DNA from: a virus
IMG/VR virus record: IMGVR_UViG_3300043595_000022
Coordinates: 1-45,664 of that record
Strand: one strand, 5' to 3'
Length of the DNA stretch: 45,664 nt
A program made the translations under genes and the position numbers. Below, one piece after another: positions 1 through 6,961 of this stretch. The notes beneath the pieces are model-generated. The model was not told where the DNA came from, ran no database searches, and saw only the letters and a list, made by a program, of their open reading frames with translations. The stretch's first letter is position 1, and each line of letters begins with the position of its first letter.

Positions 1-127
1 CCCCACTCCGCTCGACCCTCGGCGACTATTTCGAGCATGCGCCCGTGACGCTTCCAGGGGTTCAACGGTCGCCCCCCTCGGCGGGCTTCCGGGCGAGCCC
101 GCGCCTATGCTGCTCGGCCTGGGGGCA
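1..127. repeat. Terminal direct repeat, copy A (identical to 45538..45664)
   Basis: ccccactccgctcgaccctcggcgac...ctcggcctgggggca read at both ends, 127/127 identical by eye. Confidence 0.95.
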
Positions 128-301
128 CGACACGAAATGGGTCTGGTAGGTGTCGACCGCCCGCACGACGCCGTGCTCGTCGAGCACGAAACGTTTCTGG
201 GCGCTCGCGTCGAGCGGCATCGTCCGGCCGAGCGAGGTGCGCGCGAAAAGGATCGGCTGCCCGCACGTCGTGCACGGCGTCGGCCCGAACGCGTTAGGCA
301 C
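62..301 (-). CDS. Small Cys-pair (zinc-ribbon-like) protein
   Basis: GTG at 301 (the track start at 337 is also possible). CTTCGQ...HFVSCP Cys/His pairs. High GC3. The stop overlaps the TTG start of the next gene across the junction. Confidence 0.55.
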   Translation of the reverse strand: MPNAFGPTPCTTCGQPILFARTSLGRTMPLDASAQKRFVLDEHGVVRAVDTYQTHFVSCPQAEQHRRGLARKPAEGGDR

Positions 302-476
302 TGGGCACCTCGCGCCGGCCGCCGAAGAGGGCGGCACGGTAGCGCCCGACGAGCCAGTCGAGTTGCACGTGCACCAGGTCGAGCTCGCCCTCGCTGGGGA
401 GCTTGGCCGGTTCGATGGGCGCGGGCTCGGTGCAGTAGCAGGGCGTCGCCGGCCTGCCGTGGTTGACCGCGCTCAC
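294..476 (-). CDS. Hypothetical 60-aa protein
   Basis: GTGA start/stop overlap with 473..733. Very high third-position G+C in this frame. Confidence 0.5.
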   Translation of the reverse strand: MSAVNHGRPATPCYCTEPAPIEPAKLPSEGELDLVHVQLDWLVGRYRAALFGGRREVPSA

Positions 477-733
477 CCTTCCGCCCTCGGGCCGCGGCCG
501 CCGGCGGCGTAGAAAGACATGCGGGCGATGTCGCGCGCAAACTCGTTTGCCTCGGCCGGCGAGATCCAAACCTCGCGCCCGGCGAGCACGATACCGACGG
601 CGCCCTCGGCGGCGTTCAACGAGTAGGCGAACCGGCCGAGCTGCCGCCGGAGTCGAGCGCGTACCGGTCTGGGCGAAAGCTCGGGCGCGGATTTCGAACG
701 CCGCCGGTCGCCCAGTGAGACGACCTTAGGCAC
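473..733 (-). CDS. Hypothetical 86-aa protein immediately downstream of int
   Basis: The GTG start at 733 overlaps the integrase stop (726-728) by 8 nt. High GC3 throughout. Confidence 0.5.
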   Translation of the reverse strand: MPKVVSLGDRRRSKSAPELSPRPVRARLRRQLGRFAYSLNAAEGAVGIVLAGREVWISPAEANEFARDIARMSFYAAGGRGPRAEG

Positions 734-2243
734 GGTTCGCCTCGACGGGACGGGCCGCTTGGTCGCCCTCTTGCACGAGGAGGCGCGCGAGCTCGAGCGC
801 CCGTGTCATCGCATCGGGCGTGTCGGCGAGCACCTTGCGGGCGAGGCGCACGGGCTCGCACGCGAGCACCTCGGAGGCGAGCGACTCGGCGAGCTCGGTG
901 CAGTCCTCGCCGGCGGCAGCGGCGGCTAACAGCCGGGCTGCAAGGTCCGATCCCACGGCGATCCCATTTGAGGGTCTAACCGCTGGTAATTGTTCAGGAT
1001 GGGGTGAGTAACGGGGATTGATTTCCTGTGCGCTCGAACTGTCCGTAATCACTGCCAAATCTGGAACGTGTGGGACGGGCATGGGACCGAGCGGCGACCA
1101 TGTCGTGCGGCTCGCCGAGCGCGCGAGGGCCTCGGGCGCGAGGTGCGCGTAACGCTCGGTTTCCTCGACCGAGGCGTGGCCGAGAAAGTCTCGCACCTCG
1201 TGCAGACGCCACGGCTCGCCCCACATTCCCGAGACGAGCGCCGAGCCCGCCGTGTGCCGAAGGTCGTGCGGCCGCACGTGACGAGTGATGCCGGCGGCCG
1301 TGAGGTGCTCGCCCCAATTGGGCCAGTGGCTGACCTTCTGATACCCGCCGCGCTGCGCAGGGAACACGAGGTCGAGCGGATTCCTGGGCGCCCACTCGTG
1401 TGCGATCTGGCGCCAGCGGGTAAGCGCGTCGCGCGCGATCGGCAGCAACGGGACCGTCCGGATCTTGCGACCCTTCGGCGCCCGAAGCTTGCCCTTAGTC
1501 CGCGCGCCGTAGCGCACCACAATGTGCGGCGCGTCGCCATCGAGGTGCACGTCGCGCCAGTGCAGGTACCAGGCCTCGCCGCCGCGCATGCCAGTTCCGA
1601 CGAGCGTGGCCAGCCACAGGCGGAAGCGTTCCGGGATCTTCTCGCACGAAAACAGGCGCGCCTGTTCGTCGAGCGTCAGGTACGTCCATGCCTCCTCGGT
1701 CGGCGCGTCGCGTTTCGGCACGCGCACGGTCTCGATCGGATTGACCTCGAGGATCTCAGCAGCGACGGCGCCGGCAACGATGCGGCGCAGCAGTGTGAGC
1801 AGCTGCCCGAGCCACGAGTCGGAGGTTTCCGGGTGCTTTTTGGAGAGCACGGCGAGCCATTTCTCGACGGCCTTGCGCGTCACGCGCTTGACTGGCCAGT
1901 CTATAAACGGCGCTTTGGTGAGCCAGTTATTCCACGCCGAGCGAGCGGTCGGCATGGCGATGTAACGGCCGTGCTCGCCGAGCTCGAGCTCGGTCATGTA
2001 GCGCTGGCCGTAGCCGCGGAGAGTCACGCCGCCGCCGGTCGGCAGCATGTTGCCCGCGGCGGCCTCTTGAATGGCTGCCGCGAGCACGCCCTCGGCGTCC
2101 TCGTAAGTCGGGTGCGTGCCGAGCTCGAGCCGCGAACCGTCGGCAAGAGGCAGCCGGGCGCGAAAGCTGCCCGAGGGTAGCGGCTCGATACTGCCCTCGC
2201 CGGGCTTCCGGCGCCGTGTGTCTTCTGTGGTGTTGGCGTTCAT
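726..2243 (-). CDS. int: Tyrosine site-specific integrase with about 130-aa C-terminal extension
   Basis: Catalytic signature GMRGGE...HDLRHTAGSALV...LGHASVEETERYAHL (R..HxxR..Y). 505 aa. Confidence 0.95.
   Translation of the reverse strand: MNANTTEDTRRRKPGEGSIEPLPSGSFRARLPLADGSRLELGTHPTYEDAEGVLAAAIQEAAAGNMLPTGGGVTLRGYGQRYMTELELGEHGRYIAMPTARSAWNNWLTKAPFIDWPVKRVTRKAVEKWLAVLSKKHPETSDSWLGQLLTLLRRIVAGAVAAEILEVNPIETVRVPKRDAPTEEAWTYLTLDEQARLFSCEKIPERFRLWLATLVGTGMRGGEAWYLHWRDVHLDGDAPHIVVRYGARTKGKLRAPKGRKIRTVPLLPIARDALTRWRQIAHEWAPRNPLDLVFPAQRGGYQKVSHWPNWGEHLTAAGITRHVRPHDLRHTAGSALVSGMWGEPWRLHEVRDFLGHASVEETERYAHLAPEALARSASRTTWSPLGPMPVPHVPDLAVITDSSSAQEINPRYSPHPEQLPAVRPSNGIAVGSDLAARLLAAAAAGEDCTELAESLASEVLACEPVRLARKVLADTPDAMTRALELARLLVQEGDQAARPVEANRA
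955..1075. other. AT-rich island inside the int 3-prime coding region; candidate attP core
   Basis: Run of low-GC3 codons (GTT CCA GAT TTG GCA GTG ATT ... GAA CAA TTA CCA GCG GTT AGA) inside an otherwise GC3-rich gene. Confidence 0.3.
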
Positions 2244-2512
2244 TCCTTCAGCAACCCTTTCGAGCGTAGGATTTGGCGGGCCTTGGCGCTTTGCAGCTCG
2301 GTCGGCACGAGCCGCTGCATTCGTTCGGAGGGCGGGCGCTCGGGCGTTTTGCGGACGGTCGCGACCGTGCCCGACTCGGCATCTACGTCGGCGAACGAAA
2401 GCTCGCGGTGCATGTGCGCGATCTCCTCGTACAGATCGGCCAGGCGCGCGTGCACCTTGCCGACCGGTTTCGCGCTGGCGCGAGGCGTTTGCTTTCGAGC
2501 TACTGCACTCAT
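2240..2512 (-). CDS. Small basic protein coupled to int (position of a directionality factor; fold not recognised)
   Basis: ATG at 2512 (internal Met of track ORF 2240..2563). ATGA overlap with the int start at 2240-2243. Confidence 0.5.
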   Translation of the reverse strand: MSAVARKQTPRASAKPVGKVHARLADLYEEIAHMHRELSFADVDAESGTVATVRKTPERPPSERMQRLVPTELQSAKARQILRSKGLLKE

Positions 2513-2529
2513 AGCCGGCGACCTGGGAA

Positions 2530-2694
2530 TCAAGCGGCCCTCACGAACACGTGAAAGCCGCACGAAAGCACGGCGATCGCGAGCTCACCGCACGCGGGCG
2601 CGACGAGCAGCTCGACGCGTATCGGCTGCGAGCAGCTCGAGCAGCGCGGCCGCTCGATTGGCGCTGGTTTGGGTTGCACGTTCGACCGTTCCAC
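2530..2694 (-). CDS. Possible 54-aa Cys-containing ORF (not in ORF track)
   Basis: GGAGG (2702-2706), a 7-nt spacer, then GTG at 2694. Translation VERSNVQPKPAPIERPRCSSCSQPIRVELL... has higher GC3 than the overlapping track frames. It lies just downstream of the operator at 2724-2739. Confidence 0.3.
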   Translation of the reverse strand: MERSNVQPKPAPIERPRCSSCSQPIRVELLVAPACGELAIAVLSCGFHVFVRAA

Positions 2695-2723
2695 GCTCGT
2701 GCCTCCGATGTGTGTGCGGGTGA

Positions 2724-2739
2724 GTCTATGTATCTAGAC
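2724..2739. promoter_or_regulatory. Operator GTCTA-N6-TAGAC (upstream of the leftward int operon)
   Basis: GTCTATGTATCTAGAC, a perfect 5+5 inverted repeat. Confidence 0.6.
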
Positions 2740-2742
2740 AGT

Positions 2743-3027
2743 TCAGGCCGCGTTGACGGCGCTTCGAGCGCGCGAGACCGCGCGGCGGATCGTTTGCTCC
2801 GACGGCGGCTTGCCGGCGCCAGTCGCAAACCACTCGGTTTTCGCCCCGAAAACGCTGGCGATTCGCGCCGCCAAGTCGTGCGCCATGCGCGCCCCGGTCG
2901 ACTTGCCGCTGCCGCGCTCGAGCGCGGACGGGTAAGCGCGCGAAATTCCTGCCAATCTGGCAAGCTCGCTGCCGGATAGATCGGCCACGGTGCGGAGGTA
3001 GAGCAGCCTTTTCCCGACGGTATCCAT
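2743..3027 (-). CDS. XRE-family HTH repressor (CI-like), 94 aa
   Basis: Starts at the internal ATG at 3027. LRTVADLSGSELARLAGISRAYPSALERG is a classic HTH_3 motif. Divergent from a second HTH gene. Confidence 0.8.
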   Translation of the reverse strand: MDTVGKRLLYLRTVADLSGSELARLAGISRAYPSALERGSGKSTGARMAHDLAARIASVFGAKTEWFATGAGKPPSEQTIRRAVSRARSAVNAA

Positions 3028-3033
3028 TGGCTT

Positions 3034-3049
3034 GTCTACATGTGTAGAC
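3034..3049. promoter_or_regulatory. Operator GTCTA-N6-TAGAC (switch region, site 1)
   Basis: GTCTACATGTGTAGAC, 7 nt from the repressor start codon. Confidence 0.65.
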
Positions 3050-3051
3050 CC

Positions 3052-3067
3052 GTCGATTGCCCTAGAC
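3052..3067. promoter_or_regulatory. Operator-like site with one mismatch (switch region, site 2)
   Basis: GTCGATTGCCCTAGAC; the left half is GTCGA instead of GTCTA. Confidence 0.4.
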
Positions 3068-3086
3068 AAGTAACAAAAATGCAACA

Positions 3087-3102
3087 GTCTAGACGGATAG
3101 AC
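3087..3102. promoter_or_regulatory. Operator GTCTA-N6-TAGAC (switch region, site 3)
   Basis: GTCTAGACGGATAGAC. An additional TAGAC half-site lies at 3155-3159, next to the ATG at 3160. Confidence 0.65.
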
Positions 3103-3159
3103 ATAGCGCGCAAAAACTATTCGTTTACAACACCACTCGTTGTGACGAGACTTGTAGAC

Positions 3160-3663
3160 ATGACGCTCGCTGAGCGCCTGGAATTTATCCTGAAGCAGAA
3201 CAATTGGAACGCGGGAGTCTGGGCCCGGCGTGCCAAGCTGCACAGGTCGCACGTGTACGGTCTGATAAAAGCTGCAAGGGAAGGTGACACCAAAAAGCTT
3301 GCCTACGAGACCGCTCGGAAGCTCGCTCGCGCCGCCGGCGTCTCCGTCGAATGGCTAGCGGAGGGCATCGGAACACCAGACGATGCATTCATCGAGCAAG
3401 ACGACGAAGACGAAGACGACGACGAGGACCCAGCGATCCAAGCGCTATCGCTCCCGAAACGGCGTGCGCGCGAGGCCGCGCTCGCGCTCGAGCTGCCCGG
3501 AAAGGCGATCGCTCACGGCCTGCGCGAGCCCGACGGCTACCCCAGCCACTACTATTTCAAGGCGATGGAGCTCGCGGCCGAGCGCTTGCGCGGCGGTTCC
3601 CGCGGGGAAACACCTGTCCCGCCGCCGCCGCCGCCGAGCAAAACCAACTTAGGCCGACCCTAG
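3160..3663 (+). CDS. HTH regulator (Cro/early-regulator candidate) with acidic linker and C-terminal domain, 167 aa
   Basis: Internal ATG at 3160. LKQNNWNAGVWARRAKLHRSHVYGLIK is HTH-like. Linker is EQDDEDEDDDEDP. Divergent from the CI-like gene. Confidence 0.65.
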   Translation: MTLAERLEFILKQNNWNAGVWARRAKLHRSHVYGLIKAAREGDTKKLAYETARKLARAAGVSVEWLAEGIGTPDDAFIEQDDEDEDDDEDPAIQALSLPKRRAREAALALELPGKAIAHGLREPDGYPSHYYFKAMELAAERLRGGSRGETPVPPPPPPSKTNLGRP

Positions 3664-3953
3664 CGGCGTCGGAGATTGCCGGTTTGCACACGCTGTCGGC
3701 GTGAGCCGCGAATCTCGATCCGCACGATGCCCGGGCGAACCTGGTCGGAGGGCCGACGCGCGTGCGCAACTGGCGGCGGCGCCGTGACGACCTGGGCGAC
3801 GTGCATTTTTACACTGTCCGCGCTGCCGTTTTTCGTAATGGGACAACGCAATTGGCCCGATTCGTCGCGCTCGTAGGTCTCTGCCCGTAGCAGCGGCGAC
3901 CCGTCGCCCGCCTCTTTGATAAGCGTCAGTCGCACCCTCGGTCGCACCCTCAT
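3660..3953 (-). CDS. Hypothetical 97-aa protein (uncertain)
   Basis: ATG at 3953. Moderately high GC3. Its start faces the operator pair at 4047-4079. No recognisable motif. Confidence 0.35.
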   Translation of the reverse strand: MRVRPRVRLTLIKEAGDGSPLLRAETYERDESGQLRCPITKNGSADSVKMHVAQVVTAPPPVAHARRPSDQVRPGIVRIEIRGSRRQRVQTGNLRRR

Positions 3954-4046
3954 TGCCGCGGGGCACCATGCCGGATTCCGTGAGGTGTGTCTAGCCGCCT
4001 CGACGCGCACCCTGTGCGTTTTTTGTGGACCCCTAAACTTTCGCTT

Positions 4047-4062
4047 GTCTATGCACGTAGAC
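4047..4062. promoter_or_regulatory. Operator GTCTA-N6-TAGAC (tandem pair, left)
   Basis: GTCTATGCACGTAGAC. Confidence 0.6.
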
Positions 4063-4063
4063 G

Positions 4064-4079
4064 GTCTATAGGTATAGAC
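4064..4079. promoter_or_regulatory. Operator GTCTA-N6-TAGAC (tandem pair, right)
   Basis: GTCTATAGGTATAGAC, 1 nt from the left site and 20 nt upstream of the ATG at 4099. Confidence 0.6.
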
Positions 4080-4098
4080 AACATTGGAGCGCTTCCGG

Positions 4099-4314
4099 AT
4101 GAGTTTGGACCTGCCCGCCGAAGACTACGAGTTTCGCGTCATTGGATACCGGACGGACGAAGACGAGGACTGCACGCCGCCCTCGGGCGGCAAGTGGATC
4201 TGCGCGGCATTCACCGCGACTGAATCCACAAGCCACACTGGCGACGTCAATCGCACCGCTTGGATCCTGTGGGTACGCGGAACGCCTCGCGCGGCAGGCT
4301 CGAGCTCACCCTAG
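4099..4314 (+). CDS. Hypothetical 71-aa protein, first gene of the rightward early operon
   Basis: GGAG at 4086-4089 followed by ATG at 4099. Same frame as track ORF 4084..4314. Confidence 0.5.
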   Translation: MSLDLPAEDYEFRVIGYRTDEDEDCTPPSGGKWICAAFTATESTSHTGDVNRTAWILWVRGTPRAAGSSSP

Positions 4315-4345
4315 CGCCCCTACACCACCCGAAACGAGGGGCACT

Positions 4346-4654
4346 ATGTATCAAAAAGAACGATTGCAACGAATCCACGACTCCGTCGCCATGCTGCACC
4401 ACTGCTTGGCGGTCGATATGCGCGTCGGCTTTGAGCAGCTCGCCGGCCCGGCCGCGAGCCTCGCCGAGCTCGCGGCCGCGAGCGGCAACGACGAGATCAA
4501 GGGGCACGTGCTCGAGCTCGCGCTCGGGCACCGCGACGCCGCCATGTCGTGTGCGCAGCTGGGCGAGGCGCTCGGCGCCGTGCTCGCCGAGCTCGCGACG
4601 CTCGAGCTCGACGCCCAGGACGCCGAAACGCACGCGCTAGCGCACGCCGTCTGA
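4346..4654 (+). CDS. Hypothetical 102-aa helical protein
   Basis: GAGGGG RBS then ATG at 4346 (internal Met of track ORF 4142..4654). The N-terminal extension in the track is Arg/Pro-rich off-frame-looking sequence. Confidence 0.6.
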   Translation: MYQKERLQRIHDSVAMLHHCLAVDMRVGFEQLAGPAASLAELAAASGNDEIKGHVLELALGHRDAAMSCAQLGEALGAVLAELATLELDAQDAETHALAHAV

Positions 4655-4669
4655 GGTCGTCGAGGGGCC

Positions 4670-4942
4670 ATGGACGCGGGCGCATACGAGGCGCTGCCGT
4701 CGCACTTGCGCGACGGCATGCGGCGCTATCTCGAAGAGGGGATCCCGACGGGCGGCTTTTTGCGGGCCGTCCTCGAAAACGATTTGATGGGTGCGGTCAA
4801 GCGGGCCAGCCCGGGCACGAACCTGCTCGCGCTCGTCGATTGGCTGCTCGAGCACGCGCCGGCCGATGCATGGGGTAGCGTCGAGGCGGTCAGCAATTGG
4901 ATCCAGCGCCCAGGCGCACGCCCGCGGGTGCCGGGCACGTGA
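4670..4942 (+). CDS. Hypothetical 90-aa phage protein
   Basis: ATG ORF with good GC3. The stop overlaps the GTG start of the next gene. Confidence 0.6.
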   Translation: MDAGAYEALPSHLRDGMRRYLEEGIPTGGFLRAVLENDLMGAVKRASPGTNLLALVDWLLEHAPADAWGSVEAVSNWIQRPGARPRVPGT

Positions 4943-5811
4943 AGCGGATCAAATTCCCGTCACTCGTCCGCATGTCGGCCGAGGAGTATCACGCCGACCC
5001 GTGCCCCGAGCCGTCGCTTAGCTCGTCGATCGCGCACGCGCTCACGGCGCAATCGCCTCGGCACGCGTTCTTGCGGCACCCGCGGCTCGGCGGCCTGCCG
5101 CGAAAGGCGACCAAGCCAATGAACCGCGGCACGCTGTGTCACGCCCTGCTGCTCGGGCAGGGTCGCGACGTCGTGGTGCTCGAGGCCGCGGACTACAAAA
5201 CGAAGGACGCGCAGCGCGAGCGCGATGAGGCAGTCGCGGCCGGAAAAACGCCCGTGCTCGCGGACGAATACGGCGAGGCCGGGATCGCGGTCAACTCGAT
5301 CCGCGATCAATTGCTAAACGACTTTGGGATCACGCTCGACGGCGAAAGCGAGCTCGCGATGTTCTGGCACGAGCTCGCCGACGACGGTACGCGCGTGCCG
5401 TGCCGCGCGATGCTCGACCATTGGAACGAAGCACGAGGCCGCGGGCTCGACCTCAAGATATCGAGGAGCGCGCACCCGCGTGCGTGCATGCTGCACATGC
5501 TCGAGTATGGGTACGATCTGCAATGGGCGGCGTACACGAGCGGCCTGGGCAAGGTGTTTCCGAAGCTGCAAGGGCGGCTCGAGTTTCTGTACCTCTTCGC
5601 CGAGGGCGAGCCGCCCTATTGCGTCACGCCCTGCGAGCCGGCGGGCACAATGCGGCAGGTCGGCGAGAGTCGCTGGCGTCGTGCGATCAATCTGTGGGCA
5701 CGGTGCATGCGTGAGAACAAATGGCCGGCGTACGTGACCGACGTTGCTCGGCTCGAGGCGCCGCCCTGGGCGCTGGAAAGGGAGATGATTCAAGATGGCT
5801 CGAACCTTTGA
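4939..5811 (+). CDS. PD-(D/E)XK (RecB/Cas4-like, DUF3799-type) nuclease
   Basis: GTGA overlap at 4939-4942 (ATG at 4972 is an alternative). Motifs GLDLKISRS (D-x-K) and YDLQWAAY (QxxxY). Located upstream of a Sak4-like ATPase. Confidence 0.65.
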   Translation: MKRIKFPSLVRMSAEEYHADPCPEPSLSSSIAHALTAQSPRHAFLRHPRLGGLPRKATKPMNRGTLCHALLLGQGRDVVVLEAADYKTKDAQRERDEAVAAGKTPVLADEYGEAGIAVNSIRDQLLNDFGITLDGESELAMFWHELADDGTRVPCRAMLDHWNEARGRGLDLKISRSAHPRACMLHMLEYGYDLQWAAYTSGLGKVFPKLQGRLEFLYLFAEGEPPYCVTPCEPAGTMRQVGESRWRRAINLWARCMRENKWPAYVTDVARLEAPPWALEREMIQDGSNL

Positions 5812-6850
5812 AGACAAGCCCGCAACCCGCGAACGCACGCCGCTCTTTGTCGGCCTGATTGGCCCGAGCGGCAGCGGCAAAACCTTTTCCGCGCTGCGCC
5901 TAGCGAGCGGGTTTCAACGCGTGTCGGGCGGCGACGTCTTTTTCGTCGACACGGAAGCACGCCGCGCACTGCACTACGCCGACCGGTTCAAGTTCAGGCA
6001 CGTGCCGTTCGGGCGCCCATTCGGGCCGCTCGACTACCTCGCCGCCGTCGAGCATTGCGTGCGCAAGGGCGCCGGCACGATCATTGTCGATTCGATGTCG
6101 CACGAGCACGAGGGGCCCGGCGGCGTCCTCGAAATGCACGCGCAGGAAACGAAACGACTCGCGAGCGCATGGCGCACGAGCGAGGACAAAGCCAAGTTTT
6201 CGGCATGGAACAAGCCGAAGACCGAGCGGCGGCGCTTGATCACCACGCTCACGCAAGAGGCGTGCAACTTCATCCTTTGCTTTCGTGCCAAGCCAAAGAT
6301 CAAACCGGTGCGCGACGAAGACCCGCTCGAGCTCGGCCTCATGCCCATCGCCGGCGAAGAGTACGTGTATGAAATGACCGTGAAGTTTCTTTTGTACCCG
6401 GGCTCGCAGGGCATACCGACGCTCGAGTCGGACTATCCGGGCGAACGCACCATGATCAAGATCCCGGAACAATTCCGGGACTACCTCTATCAGAGTCGCG
6501 GCCGGAACCTTTCCGAGGACGCCGGCGAATACCTCGGGCGCTGGGCGGCAGGCACGGCGGCACCACCCAAAGTGACGGCGGCCGAGTTGCTCGCGAGCTA
6601 CGAAGCCTGCAGCGAGCCGGCGACGTATCGCACGCTCGAAGAGCAGCGGCGCGCCAACTGGTCGGCGTTCAAGAAAGAGGAAAAGGCGCAGCTCAAAGAG
6701 GCCGCCGAGCTCGCGACGAAGCGCATGGCCGAGGGCGACACGACGCCGCCCGAGCGCACGAGCGACGAGAGCGCAGCGGGCGAGCAGGCCGCCCAGGGCG
6801 AGGGCGCGGCAGCAGCAGGCGAGGGCGCAGCGACCGAGGGGCAGCAGTAG
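5795..6850 (+). CDS. Sak4-like RecA-fold ATPase (AAA_24-type) with low-complexity C-terminal tail
   Basis: Walker A GLIGPSGSGKTF and Walker B TIIVDS. Typical partner of a phage PD-(D/E)XK nuclease. Confidence 0.7.
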   Translation: MARTFEDKPATRERTPLFVGLIGPSGSGKTFSALRLASGFQRVSGGDVFFVDTEARRALHYADRFKFRHVPFGRPFGPLDYLAAVEHCVRKGAGTIIVDSMSHEHEGPGGVLEMHAQETKRLASAWRTSEDKAKFSAWNKPKTERRRLITTLTQEACNFILCFRAKPKIKPVRDEDPLELGLMPIAGEEYVYEMTVKFLLYPGSQGIPTLESDYPGERTMIKIPEQFRDYLYQSRGRNLSEDAGEYLGRWAAGTAAPPKVTAAELLASYEACSEPATYRTLEEQRRANWSAFKKEEKAQLKEAAELATKRMAEGDTTPPERTSDESAAGEQAAQGEGAAAAGEGAATEGQQ

Positions 6851-6961
6851 CACGCGCGCTCGCCGCTCCTCGTCTGTCCGCGTGCGTGGTTTCGGGAATC
6901 CCCCCCCACCCGACGCGCGTCATGCGGGCAGACTAGGAGCGGCGAGCGAACGGAGGTCAGC

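Noticed and set aside
1-127. Terminal repeats as attL/attR or LTR-like element ends
   Set aside because: The repeat lies inside coding sequence with frames continuous across the junction, and no host-like flanking DNA is present. A circular-assembly overlap, or at most a phage DTR, fits better.
955-1075. Possible tRNA 3-prime fragment inside the AT-rich island of int
   Set aside because: gttcgagcg and ggggattgatttcc resemble T-loop fragments only superficially. No stem complementarity or CCA-proximal acceptor strand could be found. The attP idea is kept as a hypothesis without a tRNA claim.
1068-2180. 370-aa plus-strand ORF antisense to the integrase
   Set aside because: Shadow ORF. The integrase frame has the full R-HxxR-Y signature.
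3676-3876. 66-aa plus-strand ORF downstream of the Cro-like gene
   Set aside because: No RBS, poor composition (Arg/Cys/Thr-rich), and it overlaps the somewhat better minus-strand candidate 3660..3953. The whole interval remains uncertain.
5900-6853. 317-aa minus-strand ORF antisense to the Sak4-like ATPase
   Set aside because: Shadow ORF. The plus-strand frame carries Walker motifs and operon context.
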